DNA of 64,000 bases from assembly GCA_037447605.1 (NCBI GenBank), contig CM074806.1, positions 558,001 to 622,000 of the forward strand, in the 5' to 3' direction. Source of the DNA: Zygnema circumcarinatum SAG 698-1b (lineage: Eukaryota > Plantae > Zygnematophyceae). Made by a program: the position numbers and the translations under genes. Shown here piece by piece: positions 1 to 12,147 of the stretch; the stretch's first letter is position 1, and every line of letters begins with the position of its first letter. Under the pieces are notes generated by a model. That model was given only the letters and a program-made list of their open reading frames with translations. It ran no database searches and had not been told where the DNA came from.

Positions 1-1196
1 AGCGGCCGACGGCGTCGAGGCTCGAGGACTCCGCCCGCACGTCGTTGTCACGAATGGTAGAACCGGTACTTCGGAAAGAATGGCTCGCATACAAGTTAAA
101 ATTGATTGACCTTTTGCGGTGTACCAAATCTGAACTAGTGTTCTGCAAGAATGGCAATGCAAGGCGCGCCGATGGTGAGTGTGCCGCCGTCGGCACTTGC
201 GGTATCGCACGTGCGAATGGATTTTGCACGTGTGAGGGGATGTGGCGGCCAATGGGAGTGCTCGGGGTCCTGCGAGACCGGTACGACGCGGACAGCCGGG
301 AGAGGGGGCCGATCAACTGAACTCTGGCCACTGGGATCCATTTCCGTGGTGGACCCAGCACGTGGTGGACTCGGACCTGGACGCACGCAGCCTCACATGC
401 CCAATTTGGGGTTTGGGAAATCGTACACATTATACCGCTATGTGTTTTACAGAATCAGTATAAAATCTTGAGATTTAGATTTAATTTCAAGGCAAAACCG
501 TACTTAGTCTGAACTACTGTTCATGCTTGGCACATGTACCACCATTACAGTTTTCGAATCCTTCGGTCGCACAGGACAGGGACACCAATCATGGCCCGTT
601 GTCGCATGTGCCGAATATTCTCATACATGTCGAGCTGGAGGAATATCCTCCCTAAGCCCAACACGTCGCAGGAAACGTTTTTCGGCTCCTTACTAAACGG
701 CAGATCCGTACCGACTTGGTCCTCTGATTGACCACTCTTGAACTGCCACGTGCAGATACTTTACGGTAATGACGACAGAAAGCGGATAGAATTGTCGGTT
801 ATAAGTACGGTTAGTTGACTTTCAGGAAGTCAAGTCTCAGCTGTACCGGTTTTTCTCCGTACAGTTTTGGCAGCTAGTCCGGATTCCGGAACGGCATTGA
901 AGCGTGCGACATCAACGACCTGACTCTGGCTCGATCTCAAGCGCGGTCAACGGCTCCACATGTGACAAATCCGTTTCTCGTAATTGTGCCAACCGTACGT
1001 ATCCATGCCATGTTGTAATGTCAAAATTTCAAACTGTGATCATGAGCATAGAACAACACCGAGATGTTGAACTGAACCAACAAGCGTTGAACAGCGTTGA
1101 ACAGTGTACATGTCACATACGTCTTGTTCCATCTCTCTCATGGTCCGAACAACAACAACACATGCTCAACATTGTACACACTTGACAGCTATAAGA

Positions 1197-1378
1197 ACCC
1201 TATCAACCCTAAAACCCTAGAACCCTAAACCCTAGAAACCCTAAATCCCATGAAACCCTAAGACCCTAGAAACCCTAAGACCCTGAAACTCTAAAACCCT
1301 AAGACCCTGAAACTCTAAAACCCTAAACCCTAAAGCCCTAAACCCTAAAACCCAATACCCTAAAACCCTAAACCCTAC
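1197..1378. repeat. Degenerate plant telomere-like array (CCCTAAA variants) directly 3' of the ABCI11 stop codon
   Basis: Repeated aaaccct/aaccct units, many of them 9 nt; abuts the stop at 1375-1377. Confidence 0.9.
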
Positions 1379-2461
1379 AATGTCAATCCTAGTCTCTGCT
1401 TGGCCGCCGCCGCGCGCCCTTCGAAGGCCGCGAACTGCTCTTCCAAATTTGGGGGCGGCCATGGCCCTTCGCTCAGGCGGCCGCCCATTTCCATGTTCCA
1501 TGCGCGGTCGACCAACGGAGCCAGTTCCCTGCAACGCCGCCATGGAACGTCCGTTGGAGGCCCAAACAGGGGCCACACGGAGATTCATGTCAGTTTCCAG
1601 TTCAGTTTCAGTTCGATTTTGAAATTTGAATTGGCTTAAGAAATTTTCAAAGAAAAAAAATGAAGTTGGCGGTGGCTCGCACCGCAGGTCGTGGCTGACG
1701 ACGAGGATGGTTCGCTCCCTCTTCAAATTGGCCAACAACTGAACCACGTCGGCACGGGCCCGCCAGTCTGACAGACTCGCCAAAGGGAGGGAGAGAGAGG
1801 GAGAGAGGGCGAGAGAGAGAGGGGGGAGAGAGAGAGGGGGAGAGAGAGGGAAGAGGGGAGAGAGAGAGGGAGAGAAAAAGAGAGTGAGGGGGGGGGAGAG
1901 AGAGAAAGAGAGAGAGAGGGGGAGAGAGAGGGGGGGAGAGAGAGAGAAAGAGAGCGAGGGGGGAGAGAAAAAGAGAACGAGAGAGAGGGGGGAAGGATAA
2001 AAAAGTTGATTCAGTAAAGGTTGTTTCTTATTCTGCATGCCTCGCAATATACCTACAAGTTGTCGTTAATCTTCAAAAGACCAAAGGGAGAGCCAATATT
2101 TATCACCTAATCCGGCCAACGGCTCGTCCAAAAGAAGCAGTTGAGGCATGCGCACCTGCCCGCCCCCCCAAAAACCTTTTTCAAAAAAAGAAAAAAAAAA
2201 ATCCAAATATGATGAAGCTTTTTAACATTCATAAAACTCTCCAATGGATGCAACGCTAAACCCTAAACCCCAGACAACAGGTGTGCCCCGACCGACACCT
2301 AAACCCTAACCCTACACCCTACCACCTACGCCCTGAGCCCTGAACCCTGGGCAGACTCACAAGCTGAGTGGCAAGGGCAACCTTCCGCTGATTTCCGCCA
2401 CTCAGAGCCCTCGGATCACTCTCCAACTGCAGCTCCGTCAGGCCCACCTGATGGAGAGAGA

Positions 2462-2492
<31 letters not shown>

Positions 2493-2493
2493 G

Positions 2494-2533
<40 letters not shown>

Positions 2534-2609
2534 ACGAGAGAGAAAGAGAGAGAGCGAGAGAGAGAGAGAGAGAGAGGGGGAGAGAGAGCGAGAGAGAGAG
2601 AAGAGGGGG

Positions 2610-2655
<46 letters not shown>

Positions 2656-4300
2656 GGGGGACGAGAGAGTGAGAGAAGAAGGGTGGGGGATCTCCCGCAT
2701 GGTGAGTGATCCACAAGAATTCGATCAATAGCACATGTCAAAGAGTAGGACTACGGACTACAATGTATGCTTTCAGATAGTGCATTATGGAATTCCATGG
2801 AAGAATACATCAAGCTGAACGAGAGAGACCTGGATGGGAGAGAAAAAGGAGAGAGGAGGGGGAGAGAAAGGGAGAGATGGGAGCACAAGATGCAACAAAA
2901 TTAGGTTTTTCAACTGAACTACGGAACTTACCGCATATAGCGCGGAATGCAGACGCAGGGCCAACGCTTGGCGCAGAAAAACGTCTTGAGGGCGTTGGGG
3001 CCATCCAAAAGTCAACTCCTCCAACAGCGAACTGGCGAGGAAGTACCTGCACATGGAACGCTGGAATAGAAGAAATTAGTTTAACTGGGGAAGTATTTAC
3101 TGCACATGGAAATTGGAATAGGGAACAGATAACAGAGGAGGGTGTAGAACATGGAAAGAGATGAAATGGGGGAGGGTGGAGGAGGTGGGATTTTGGATAT
3201 TGGGGGGAGGGGAGGGCAGTGGAGACGAGGAAGATTGGGAGGGAGAGAGGGAGAGGGAGGGGAGAGAGTGAACGAGAGGGATGAAGGGAGAGAAAAGAGA
3301 AGAAGATTTGCAACGAGGACGAATGAGAGAGGGAGAACGAAATGAGGAAGATAGTGGAAGGAGAGGGAGAGAAAAGGGAGGGAGATGAGAGAGAGAGAGA
3401 GAGGGAGAGAGAGAGAGAGAGTCTCCATGTTTCTGTGACGCAACGGATTCCCTCTCACCTTTCGGGAAACTGGAAAAGTATTCCGGCCAAATCCGCCATC
3501 TCTGCCCGAGTTCGGGACTTTCGAGCGACGCCATTGGCTGATGGGCTGCCCACAAAAACTTCTCCTGAAGTTGGAGACGTCATTCCGGCCAAGATCTGCA
3601 CTCAAAAACGAAAATTCCAAAAAGACAAAGAAAAGAGGATAAAGAACTGAATGTGGGCGGCAGGGAAAGAAACGGAAAAAAAAACTAAAGCAATAATGCC
3701 ACGATGGAGGAGCAGCAGCCTACCCCTTTGAATGAAAATTAATTTAAAAAAATTGCGGGTTTTTACTTGAAGTGGATTTTCTTGAGCTTTGAAATTGAGT
3801 ACCTGAAGAAGCGTCGTTTTTCCACTGCCGCTACGGCCATAGATTAAGCCTAGACTGCCACGTGGCACCACCACACGCAAAGTTCAGAAACTGCCCCAAA
3901 AAACCCTAAAGACTCTGAAAGACCTAAACCAGAAGCACTCATTGCATGAAGAAATATAGACGGGCAGCATGGAAAAAAAATAAGGCGTCCAAAACATACA
4001 AAGAGGAGACTAGTAATAAGGAAAAGAAAGCGAATTCCTGAAAGGGATGATAAAAGTTGGACCTGTTTGCGGGCAGAGAGAGGTTAATTTTTTGAAGGAG
4101 AAAAGAATTGCTCCCGGATGGTCGGTAGCTTAAATCCCTTACCTGCATTCAACATCAAATAAATGACATATAGACATGTTTCTTAGTCTCAAAATAGAAT
4201 TTAAGAGAGAGTGAGAGAGGGTGAGAGGGGGGGAGGAGGAGAGGGGGAAGAGAGGAGAGAGGGAGAGAGAGAGGGTGGGAGAGGGCGAGAGGGGGAGAGA

Positions 4301-4340
<40 letters not shown>

Positions 4341-4929
4341 TTTCAACAAAGAAAAAAAATCATGACCCGCATTGATTGGGTCGAACGGAAACAAGAAACC
4401 ACAAATCGTTTAGTTTTTTTATGTTTTGGATGTTTATGTTTTTAGGGTCTTCAGAACGAATTTGTGCGGATTTATGTGTACGGTGTTAATTTAGGCCCTG
4501 TAATTTTTTTGGCATTTTCTCAGAGATTCCCACAATTTTTTTTTTTTCAAGAATTAGCAAATGAGAGGTATTCTTTTCAAAAGGTTTTACATTTCAGTAT
4601 GTTATTTTTCTTATTTTTCCCTCTTTTTCCTTTTTTCCTTTTCTTACCTCCAAAAACTCATTCGTCCTGCGCTGAGTTTCGATCCCCCCCACTCCATTTT
4701 CCGCATCACACGTGGTTCGTCTTGAAAGGCTGCGCCATTTCCGAAATCTACAAACCCTAAAACGCATAGAAACCCTAAAACGTGAAGACAACGTTAAGTC
4801 TTTGGTCCTTCTGAACTCCGTAAAGGGCAACGGAAACTGGGACACATGTAGAGGGACACGTGTTTGCTTCTGGAAACGTCCGGGAATGATAGTGGGAGAG
4901 AGATGGCAGATTGGATAGCTGGCAGCCAT
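1375..4929 (-). CDS. ABCI11: ABC transporter I family member 11 (NAP14-like), plastid ABC ATPase subunit; multi-exon
   Basis: GT-AG exons at about 4648-4929, 4063-4142, 3803-3854 (Walker A GRSGSGKTT), 3459-3595 (ILFQFPER), 2932-3046 (ELTFGWP), 2361-2447 (signature LSGGNQRKVALA), 2107-2155 (Walker B LLLLDEP), 1683-1767 (H-loop VSHDL), 1375-1528. The order and motifs match recalled Arabidopsis ABCI11. The start ATG at 4929 gives a transit-peptide-like N-terminus and is less certain. Confidence 0.93.
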
Positions 4930-5199
4930 GGTAGGGAGAGAGAGAGGGGGCGAGGGAAGAAGGGAGAGAGGGAGAGGGACAGAGAGAGACAGAGTCTGGA
5001 GAGGGAGGGAGAGGAGAGAGGAAGACGTGCTTGTGTGTGTGTAAGAGAGCGAGAGAGAGAGACAGAGAGAGAGGGGGGTTCGAAACAGGTGTAGACGCAG
5101 AAATGGGAGAGGTTCCGTGTCTTCCGTGTTTCCGTTGCGCACGACGCTAAACTGCGGCTCGCTGCTGTCCGGACCACGGCAGGGTTCAGGGTTACAGCG

Positions 5200-5440
5200 C
5201 GGGAGCGCGCGAGGGCGGAGGATTTAGGGTTTAGGGTATAGGGTTCAGGGTTTAGGGTTGAGGGTTTAGGGTTTAGGGCCTTTGAAGGAGCGGACGGGGC
5301 GTTGGCGACACCGGGAGGTTTCGGGGTTCAGGAGGGTTTAAGGGGTAGGGATTGAAAGTTTGGGGTTCAGGGCGAAGTTTTAGTCGGTTACGGTTGAAGG
5401 CCGAAGGCTTAAGAGCAAGGGCTTAGGGTTAGGGTTTAAG
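5200..5440. repeat. Telomere-like/telobox-rich tract (GGGTTTA on +) upstream of ABCI11 in the divergent ABCI11/DUF268 intergenic region
   Basis: Multiple tttaggg/ttcaggg/ttgaggg units. Confidence 0.75.
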
Positions 5441-5482
5441 GGCCATCAAGACATCTGGTTTTTCGTTCACTTTGAAGCTTCA

Positions 5483-5690
5483 GTGACTTCATTGACTTTC
5501 TTGACATCGCTGACTCTGTTGACTTCATATTTGCAAGGACTTCACTTTTTCTGCAATGGTATCATTGACTGCATTAACTTCATCGGCCTTATAGCCTTAA
5601 TCACTTCATTGACTGCAAGGACCGCGTTGACTCCGTTCACTCCATTGCCTTGACTTCCTTGACTTCCTTGACTTCCTTGACTCTGTTGAT
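5483..5690. promoter_or_regulatory. 9-bp-period minisatellite containing nine TTGACT (W-box core) copies in the divergent promoter region
   Basis: TTGACT at 5492, 5519, 5565, 5609, 5627, 5650, 5659, 5668, 5677. The repeat is seen directly; regulatory function is unproven. Confidence 0.5.
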
Positions 5691-5737
5691 TCCTGTGTGT
5701 TCCGTTTTTGCAACATAAGCTGCTTCGCTGTTTGCAG

Positions 5738-8539
5738 ATGAAATTTCGTCCCTTCAGCAACAAAGTTCAGTTGGCAGGCGGCGCCACTCTGCTCATCGTT
5801 GCTTTTTGGGCCTTCGCAGCCTTCAACGAGCTATTCCCAAACGGTGCGTTCTCCCAAAAAAAAAAAAAAAAATGACCTCCATAAAACCCTTCTCCTTTAT
5901 TTCTATATTTCCAAGAAAAACCAATCATTTGCATTATTTATTTATTGTTTATTTTTTAAATTCTGTTCAGCATCTTGCACCGACTCTCCGTTGAATAAGG
6001 CCTCCTCCTCCTCCCCCTCTTATCTGATTGAAAATTTTCCGATTCGGGGCCCTCTCTCATGGAGCGTTCTAAACGACGAACTCAAGCGAGAGTTTCTCCT
6101 TCAAGGCAAAATTTCGTTAGAAATAATGGAACTATTCAACATGGAACCGTTCCTTTCGGGCCAACCTTTCAGCTATTCCAAAACTCTCCGTAGAGAATGG
6201 ACTCTCGCCGGCATCAACGAGCTCGTCGAAACTGCTAAAAAAAGGGACATAAACCTAAAATTATGCGTCTACGGAAAAATCTGCAACCGTGATTTTTTCA
6301 ACGCCTTTGAAGTGTACCCCATTGAAGGAAAGGAGGTGATGGTTTTGGGGAGCCAGTCTCCATGGGCCGAGGCTCTATGTATTGCGTTTGGGGCAAAATC
6401 CGTTACAACCGTCGACTTCAACCCGCCATCGATCCTTGAGGGGCCGTCGCCCATCAAAATTATGAACGCGGAGGACCTCGGAAAGTTCGGGGAAACTTTC
6501 GACGTGATCGTTTCTTACTCGTCTCTGGAGCACGACGGACTCGGGAGGTACGGCGACCCCGTCCATCCGTACGGAGACATAGAACGGATGAAGAAGGTGA
6601 GTTCCAAACCCTAAAAACCCTAAACTCTAGACTCTAGACCCTAAACCCTAGACACTAAACCCTAGACTCTGGACCCTAAACCCTAGACACTAAACCCTAA
6701 ACCCTAGACACTAAACCCTAGACTCTCGACCCTAAACCCTAGACACTAAACCCTAAACCCTAGACACTACACCCTAGACTCTGGACCCTAAACCCTAGAC
6801 ACTAAACCCTAAACCCTAAAGCCTTAACCCAAAACTCTAGACCCTAAATCCTCGCCCCTAAACCTTAGACCCTAAACCCTAGACTCTCGACCCTAAACCC
6901 TTGACCCTAAACCCTAAACCCTAAACCTTAAACCTTTAACCCTAAACCCTAGACCCTAAATCCTCGCTCTTAAACCTTAAACCCTAAATCCTAGACTCTA
7001 GACTCTAAACCCTAGACCCTAAACCCTAAACCCTAAACCCTAAACCCTGAACCCTGAACCCTAGACCCTAAATTCGCCCTAAACCTTAGACCTTAAACCC
7101 TAGACTCTAGAGCCTAAATCCTAGACCCTAAACCCTAGACACTAAACCCTAAACCCTAAAGCCTTAACCCTAAACTCTAGACCCTAAATCCTCGCCCCTA
7201 AACCTTAGACCCTAAACCCTAAACCTTAAACCTCTAACCCTAAACCCTAGACCCTAAATCCTCGCTCCTAAACCTTAAACCCTAAACCCTAGACTCTAGA
7301 CCCTAAACCCTAGACCCTAAACCCTAAACCCTAGACTCTAGACCCTAAACCCTAGACCCTAAACCCTAAACCCTAAACCCTACACCCTAAACTCTAAACA
7401 CTGAACCCTAGACCCTAAATTCGCCCTAAACCTTAGACCTTAAACCCTAGACTCTAGAGCCTAAATCCTAGACCCTAAACCCTAGACACTAAACCCTAAA
7501 CCCTAAAGCCTTAACCCAAAACTCTAGACCCTAAATCCTCGCTCCTAAACCTTAAACCCTAAACCCTAGACTCTAGACCCTAAACCCTAGACCCTAAATT
7601 CGCCCTAAACCTTAGACCTTAAACCCTAGACTCTAGAGCCTAAATCCTAGACCCTAAATCCTAGACCCCTACACCCTAGACCCTAAACCCTAAATCCTAA
7701 ACCCTAGACCCTAAATCCTCCCCCTAAACCCTAGACCTTAAACCTTAAACCCTAAACCCTAGACCCTAAGTCCTAGCCCCTAAACCCTAGACCCTAAACC
7801 CTAGACTCTAGACCCTAAATCCTAGACCCTAAACCCTAGACCCTAAATCCTCGCTCCTAAACCTTAAACCCTAAACTCTAGACTCTAGACCCTAAACCCT
7901 AGACCCTAAACCCTAAACCCTAAACCCTAAACCCTAAACCCTAAACTCTAAACCCTGAACCCTAGACCCTAAACCCTAGACTCTAGACCCTAAATCCTAG
8001 ACCCTAAACCCTAGACCCTAAAGCCTAGACCCGAAACCCTAGACCCTAAACCCCCCTAAGATTTCTAAAACCCTAAATTCCCTCTTTTCTTGTGGGATGG
8101 GGGGGCGGTGGGGGGCTGATTTCCTTCGAATTATAGCTTTCGGTTAGAGTTTCTCTTACCACAAGTGTCTTTAAAAACCCTAACAACCAGGGTTTATCTG
8201 AATTCGTGTCTTTCAAATTAAGTCGAAAGATTTTGATTAAGATTAAGATTACCGCTTTGATGTATTGAAATTGAATATAGAATCCAAAAATCTGCAAATT
8301 CTGGTCGGCAGATCAAGCAGTTCCTGCGTCCCGGCGGCCTGTTCTTCCTCGCCGTTCCGATGGGCGCCGACGTCCTCACATGGAACGCCCACCGCGTCTA
8401 CGGCGAAATCCGTTTTCCGTTACTGATCGACGGCTGGAAGGTCGTGCAAACCATCGGCGATCTCGAATGGACTTTCCGCCAAAACGCGACGCACCATCAC
8501 TTGCAACCCATACATGTTCTCCAGGCAGAGACACAATGA
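5738..8539 (+). CDS. DUF268-family (SAM-methyltransferase-like) protein with N-terminal signal anchor; 3 exons
   Basis: Exons 5738-5843, 5971-6596, 8312-8539 join in frame with GT-AG sites. Motifs VMVLGSQSPWAEALCIAFGAKSVTTVDFN, SYSSLEHDGLGRYGDPVHPYGD and LRPGGLFFLAVPMGADVLTWNAHRVYG match the recalled DUF268 consensus (SSIEHxGLGRYGDP...LKPGGLLFLGxPxGxDxxxxNAHRIYG). The N-terminus is hydrophobic (GATLLIVAFWAFAAF). Confidence 0.88.
6606..8077. repeat. About 1.47-kb interstitial telomere-like array (CCCTAAA/CCCTAGA/CTCTAGA) filling intron 2 of the DUF268 gene, with a higher-order period of about 340 bp
   Basis: Continuous heptamer variants; the marker aaaccctaaagccttaaccc recurs at about 6811, 7151 and 7499. 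Confidence 0.95.
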
Positions 8540-8885
8540 CGTCAGCATAGCGCATTCATGGCATCTAGGTGGATACATGAAGAAGTCAGCATGCCGCATT
8601 CGTGGTGTCTAGTGGAGGTAGGATGGCGTCAGCATGTCGTATTCATGGCATCAACGTGGATACATGATGATGTCGGCATGCCGCATTCATGACACCTTGG
8701 TGATGTGATGACGTCAGCATGTCCCATTCGTGGTATCTAGGTGGAGGTATGATTACGTCCGCATTCATGACATCTAAACGGAGGTGTGGTGACGTCACCA
8801 TGTCGCATGCATGTCATGTGGATATATGATGATGTCACCACACTGCATTCATGGCATCCAGGGAGAGAAACGCTGACGTCAGCGT
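8536..8885. repeat. Degenerate tandem minisatellite (about 43-bp subunits, about 85-bp dimer) with TGACGTCA cores; the first copy supplies the DUF268 stop codon
   Basis: Exact TGACGTCA at 8537, 8709, 8790, 8874, a variant near 8623, and recurring gcattcatggcatct segments. Confidence 0.8.
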
Positions 8886-9971
8886 GTCGTAAACAGGATA
8901 GCGTGGTCACACGCAGCCATTTGCGGTGCCAACAAGTCGTCAGCATTTCGGGTTTTTTGAATAAAACAGTTTGACAATTTGGTTTTTCTAGAAAGGTCGG
9001 GTCGGGTTTTAGGGTTTAGGGTTTAGCGTGGGAGTATTCAAGCCTCGAGAACCTGTCGTTTGGTGGTCGAGGGTTCAGGGTTTGAAGGTTTTGGTGTTTA
9101 AGGAGGCGAAGTGATGATGTTATTTGTGCAAATGTTACTTGTCCCATCAAATCCTTTGAACCCAAAACCCTAAACCCTAAACCCCAAGTCTAACACAGCC
9201 AGAATTCTAAACACATGCTTTTGCTATACACCGCCGCATTCCATGCACGCCGATTCCGTGTCAGATCGGTCACAGAGCAGTCAACGCTCCTCCATGTTCC
9301 TTACAGTTAAACCCAGACAGTCACATACAGTACTGTATAGTTCAACTGTAACGTACTGTACGGATTGTATTCTCCGTGTCGCCGGTTTGTCCTGTGATAT
9401 ACGACGGGACGGGAACTGCAACTGCAACGGCCATGCAGAGCCGTTCCATGTGGCGGCAGCCGCCGCCCGTTCCGGTGGCAAACCGCCGCCGACGGACGGA
9501 CGGACGGACGGTTTCCATCGCACGAAGGTTTGGGCAACCGCAACCACAACCGCCGGAACCGCGCTGCCCTCCCTCCCTCCCTCCCCCCCTCCCTCCCTCC
9601 CTCCCTCCCTCTCCGCGGCCTCTCAACTCGCCTTCCCGTCTCTCTTCTCCCTCTCCCTCTCCAGCATTCCTCACTACCCTCTCGCCCCATCTCCTCCTCT
9701 GCATCCAACTCACTCTCTTCTTTGTCACTTCCTCGTTCTTTCCATCATTTGAGTCGTGTGACCTCCTCTGTATTTACCCGTCCTTTTCACTTTTTAAGTC
9801 TGAAGTTGCAGAATAACTCTAAATTGACCTATTCCCACTCTATTACCGTCCCTCCCACCCCCCCTTACGGCCCACTTCCCTCGCATTATTCCCTATTGCC
9901 CCTCCATTTTCTCAATGCCCAGATGTCCCAACCCCTCCCTAAAAACAAGATAATCTAAAACTCTACCCCAC

Positions 9972-12059
9972 ATGGCCCCCTTCACTACCCCCCACATTCT
10001 TCGCCTTGCTTGTCTCGGTCTCTTTGCTTCATTAACACTCCCCCAAAGTCAAGCAAGTTGTTCGCTCTCATACCCATCCCTGAATGATGCGATCTATGCC
10101 GAATGTGCCGTCCTCGCGGACAGTTCCACGCTTGCATGGACATGGAACGACACCTTACTTACATTAAACGGCGTCTACATGTCCGCCCCGTCCGTTGCCG
10201 GCGGCTGGATTGCATGGGGCTTCAACCACGACGGCAAGAGCGAGATGGTCAATTCGAGCGTTTTGGCGTGCTTTGCTGATGACAGGGGTCTAGTTTTAGG
10301 CCAATACTTCCTCGAAAAGCCTGATTTTGACGGTGTATATTTAGGTTCCGTTTTAAATGTAACTTCCGCTTCATGCGTTTCTGACAGCAGCACTATTCCA
10401 GAGACCCTCTACATACAGTTCAGTATAGTGTTAGGTTACACGACCAACCTCATTCAAGTTTACGGTAATGGAGAAGTCATGGATAAGAGGTTGGGCCCTC
10501 ACATGCCCAACGGAACTATAGCCGAAACCATGCTCCGGGAATTCAAAGCAGCACCTTATGTTCCCCCTCCAACATCACTTCCGTTCAGTCCTGCATCACC
10601 CCCTCCCTTACCGGCTTCACCTTTGAGCCCTCTCCCGCCACCACCTTCTCTGCATGTTGTGAGTACCTTCCTCTTCCTTCTACCTTTCTCTCTTCCCCAT
10701 AATAATATTGCCCTTCCTTTCCAAACCTACTACTTTTTTTTTCAAAAACCTTCAACCCTCGAAGATCTGCGTGATCTAAACCCTTGAAGACCCAAACATT
10801 GAAAATCTTAAAAGTATCGTACGCCCTATGTAATCATGTGCAGTCTTTCTGGTGCTTGCCTTCAGACATCTTGCCAATACATTCTAGCCTTCTTCTCCAC
10901 AATGGAGTACACGTTTTGCACAACTTTCAGCGACAAGTCTTATCTTGTGTGGAAATTTGAAAACAGCTCAAATATTTTCGATGGCCTGTTCGTGGCGACT
11001 CCGAGAAAACCCGGAGGATGGGTCGCTTGGGGTCTGAATCTTTTCGGTCGCTCCGAAATGGTGGGTTCAAGCGTTTTGGCCTGCTATAGGGGGCAAGAAG
11101 GGAGCCCCATTATCGATCAGTATTACTTGGAGGGCTACTCTCCCGAAAGCGTCTACCTCGATAAGAAAGGCCTCGACTTTACTTCTCAAATGTGTCAAAT
11201 TGATTCCTCCACAAACCTTGAAACTATCACTATGCAGTTCTCTATCGACTTTGGGGACGTGACCTCCTGGAAGAGTATTCATGCTAAAGGTGATACTGTG
11301 TTGGACTACGCCGCGAAGAAGCTCGGGCAGCACTGCAGCGATTGCTATATGGTCGATGGCGAGCTCAGAGACTTCGGAGTTGAGGGTCCCGCTAGCTCAA
11401 AACCGGCACACGCGAGCTTTAAATATGTACGTTCTTTTTGTTACATTGGGTGCCTGATAAACCCAAAACCTTAAATTTCTGGTTTCTGTAAATTATCCTC
11501 ATTCGAATTGATGCCGGGTTTTGACAAAAGTTATATGGGGTTTATTCTTGCTTGAATTACCCACAGGCGCATGGAGCTCTCAGCGCCATAGGATGGGGCA
11601 TCTTTATTCCTGTTGGAGGAATGATCGCGCGATATGGGAAGCCCTTCACGGAGGAAATGTGGTTCTATGTGCACGTCCCCTGTCAGTTTTTTGGATACGT
11701 AGTGGGAGCTATTGGGTTCGCTTTGGGACTCAAACTCTGGAGTTGGACAAAGAGGGGGCGCGACATTCACGCCATTTTGGGGATTGTTGTGTTCTGTCTC
11801 GGTACATTGCAGGCAAGTTGCAGATCTGGATGACGAGAGAATGTTGGGAGGAGGAGGGCGAGGCTGGGAGGGAGGGGGAGAAGGAGAGGGCACTGCATCT
11901 GGAACAGGGGAGGCAGGAAGGGAGATGGGAAGGGAGCCTGGGGAGAGAGAACGGTGAGAGGGAGAAGGCGAGGTATGGAGGAGGGAAGGGATGATAGGAA
12001 GGGGACTGGATCTGGGGTAGGGGCGGGAGACAGGGAAGAAGTAAGAGAGAGAGAGAGAG

Positions 12060-12147
<88 letters not shown>

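Noticed and set aside
45-731. Short ORFs at the window start, including MAMQGAPM followed by a GTGAGT donor-like site
   Set aside because: No recognisable homology or downstream exon; cannot be supported.
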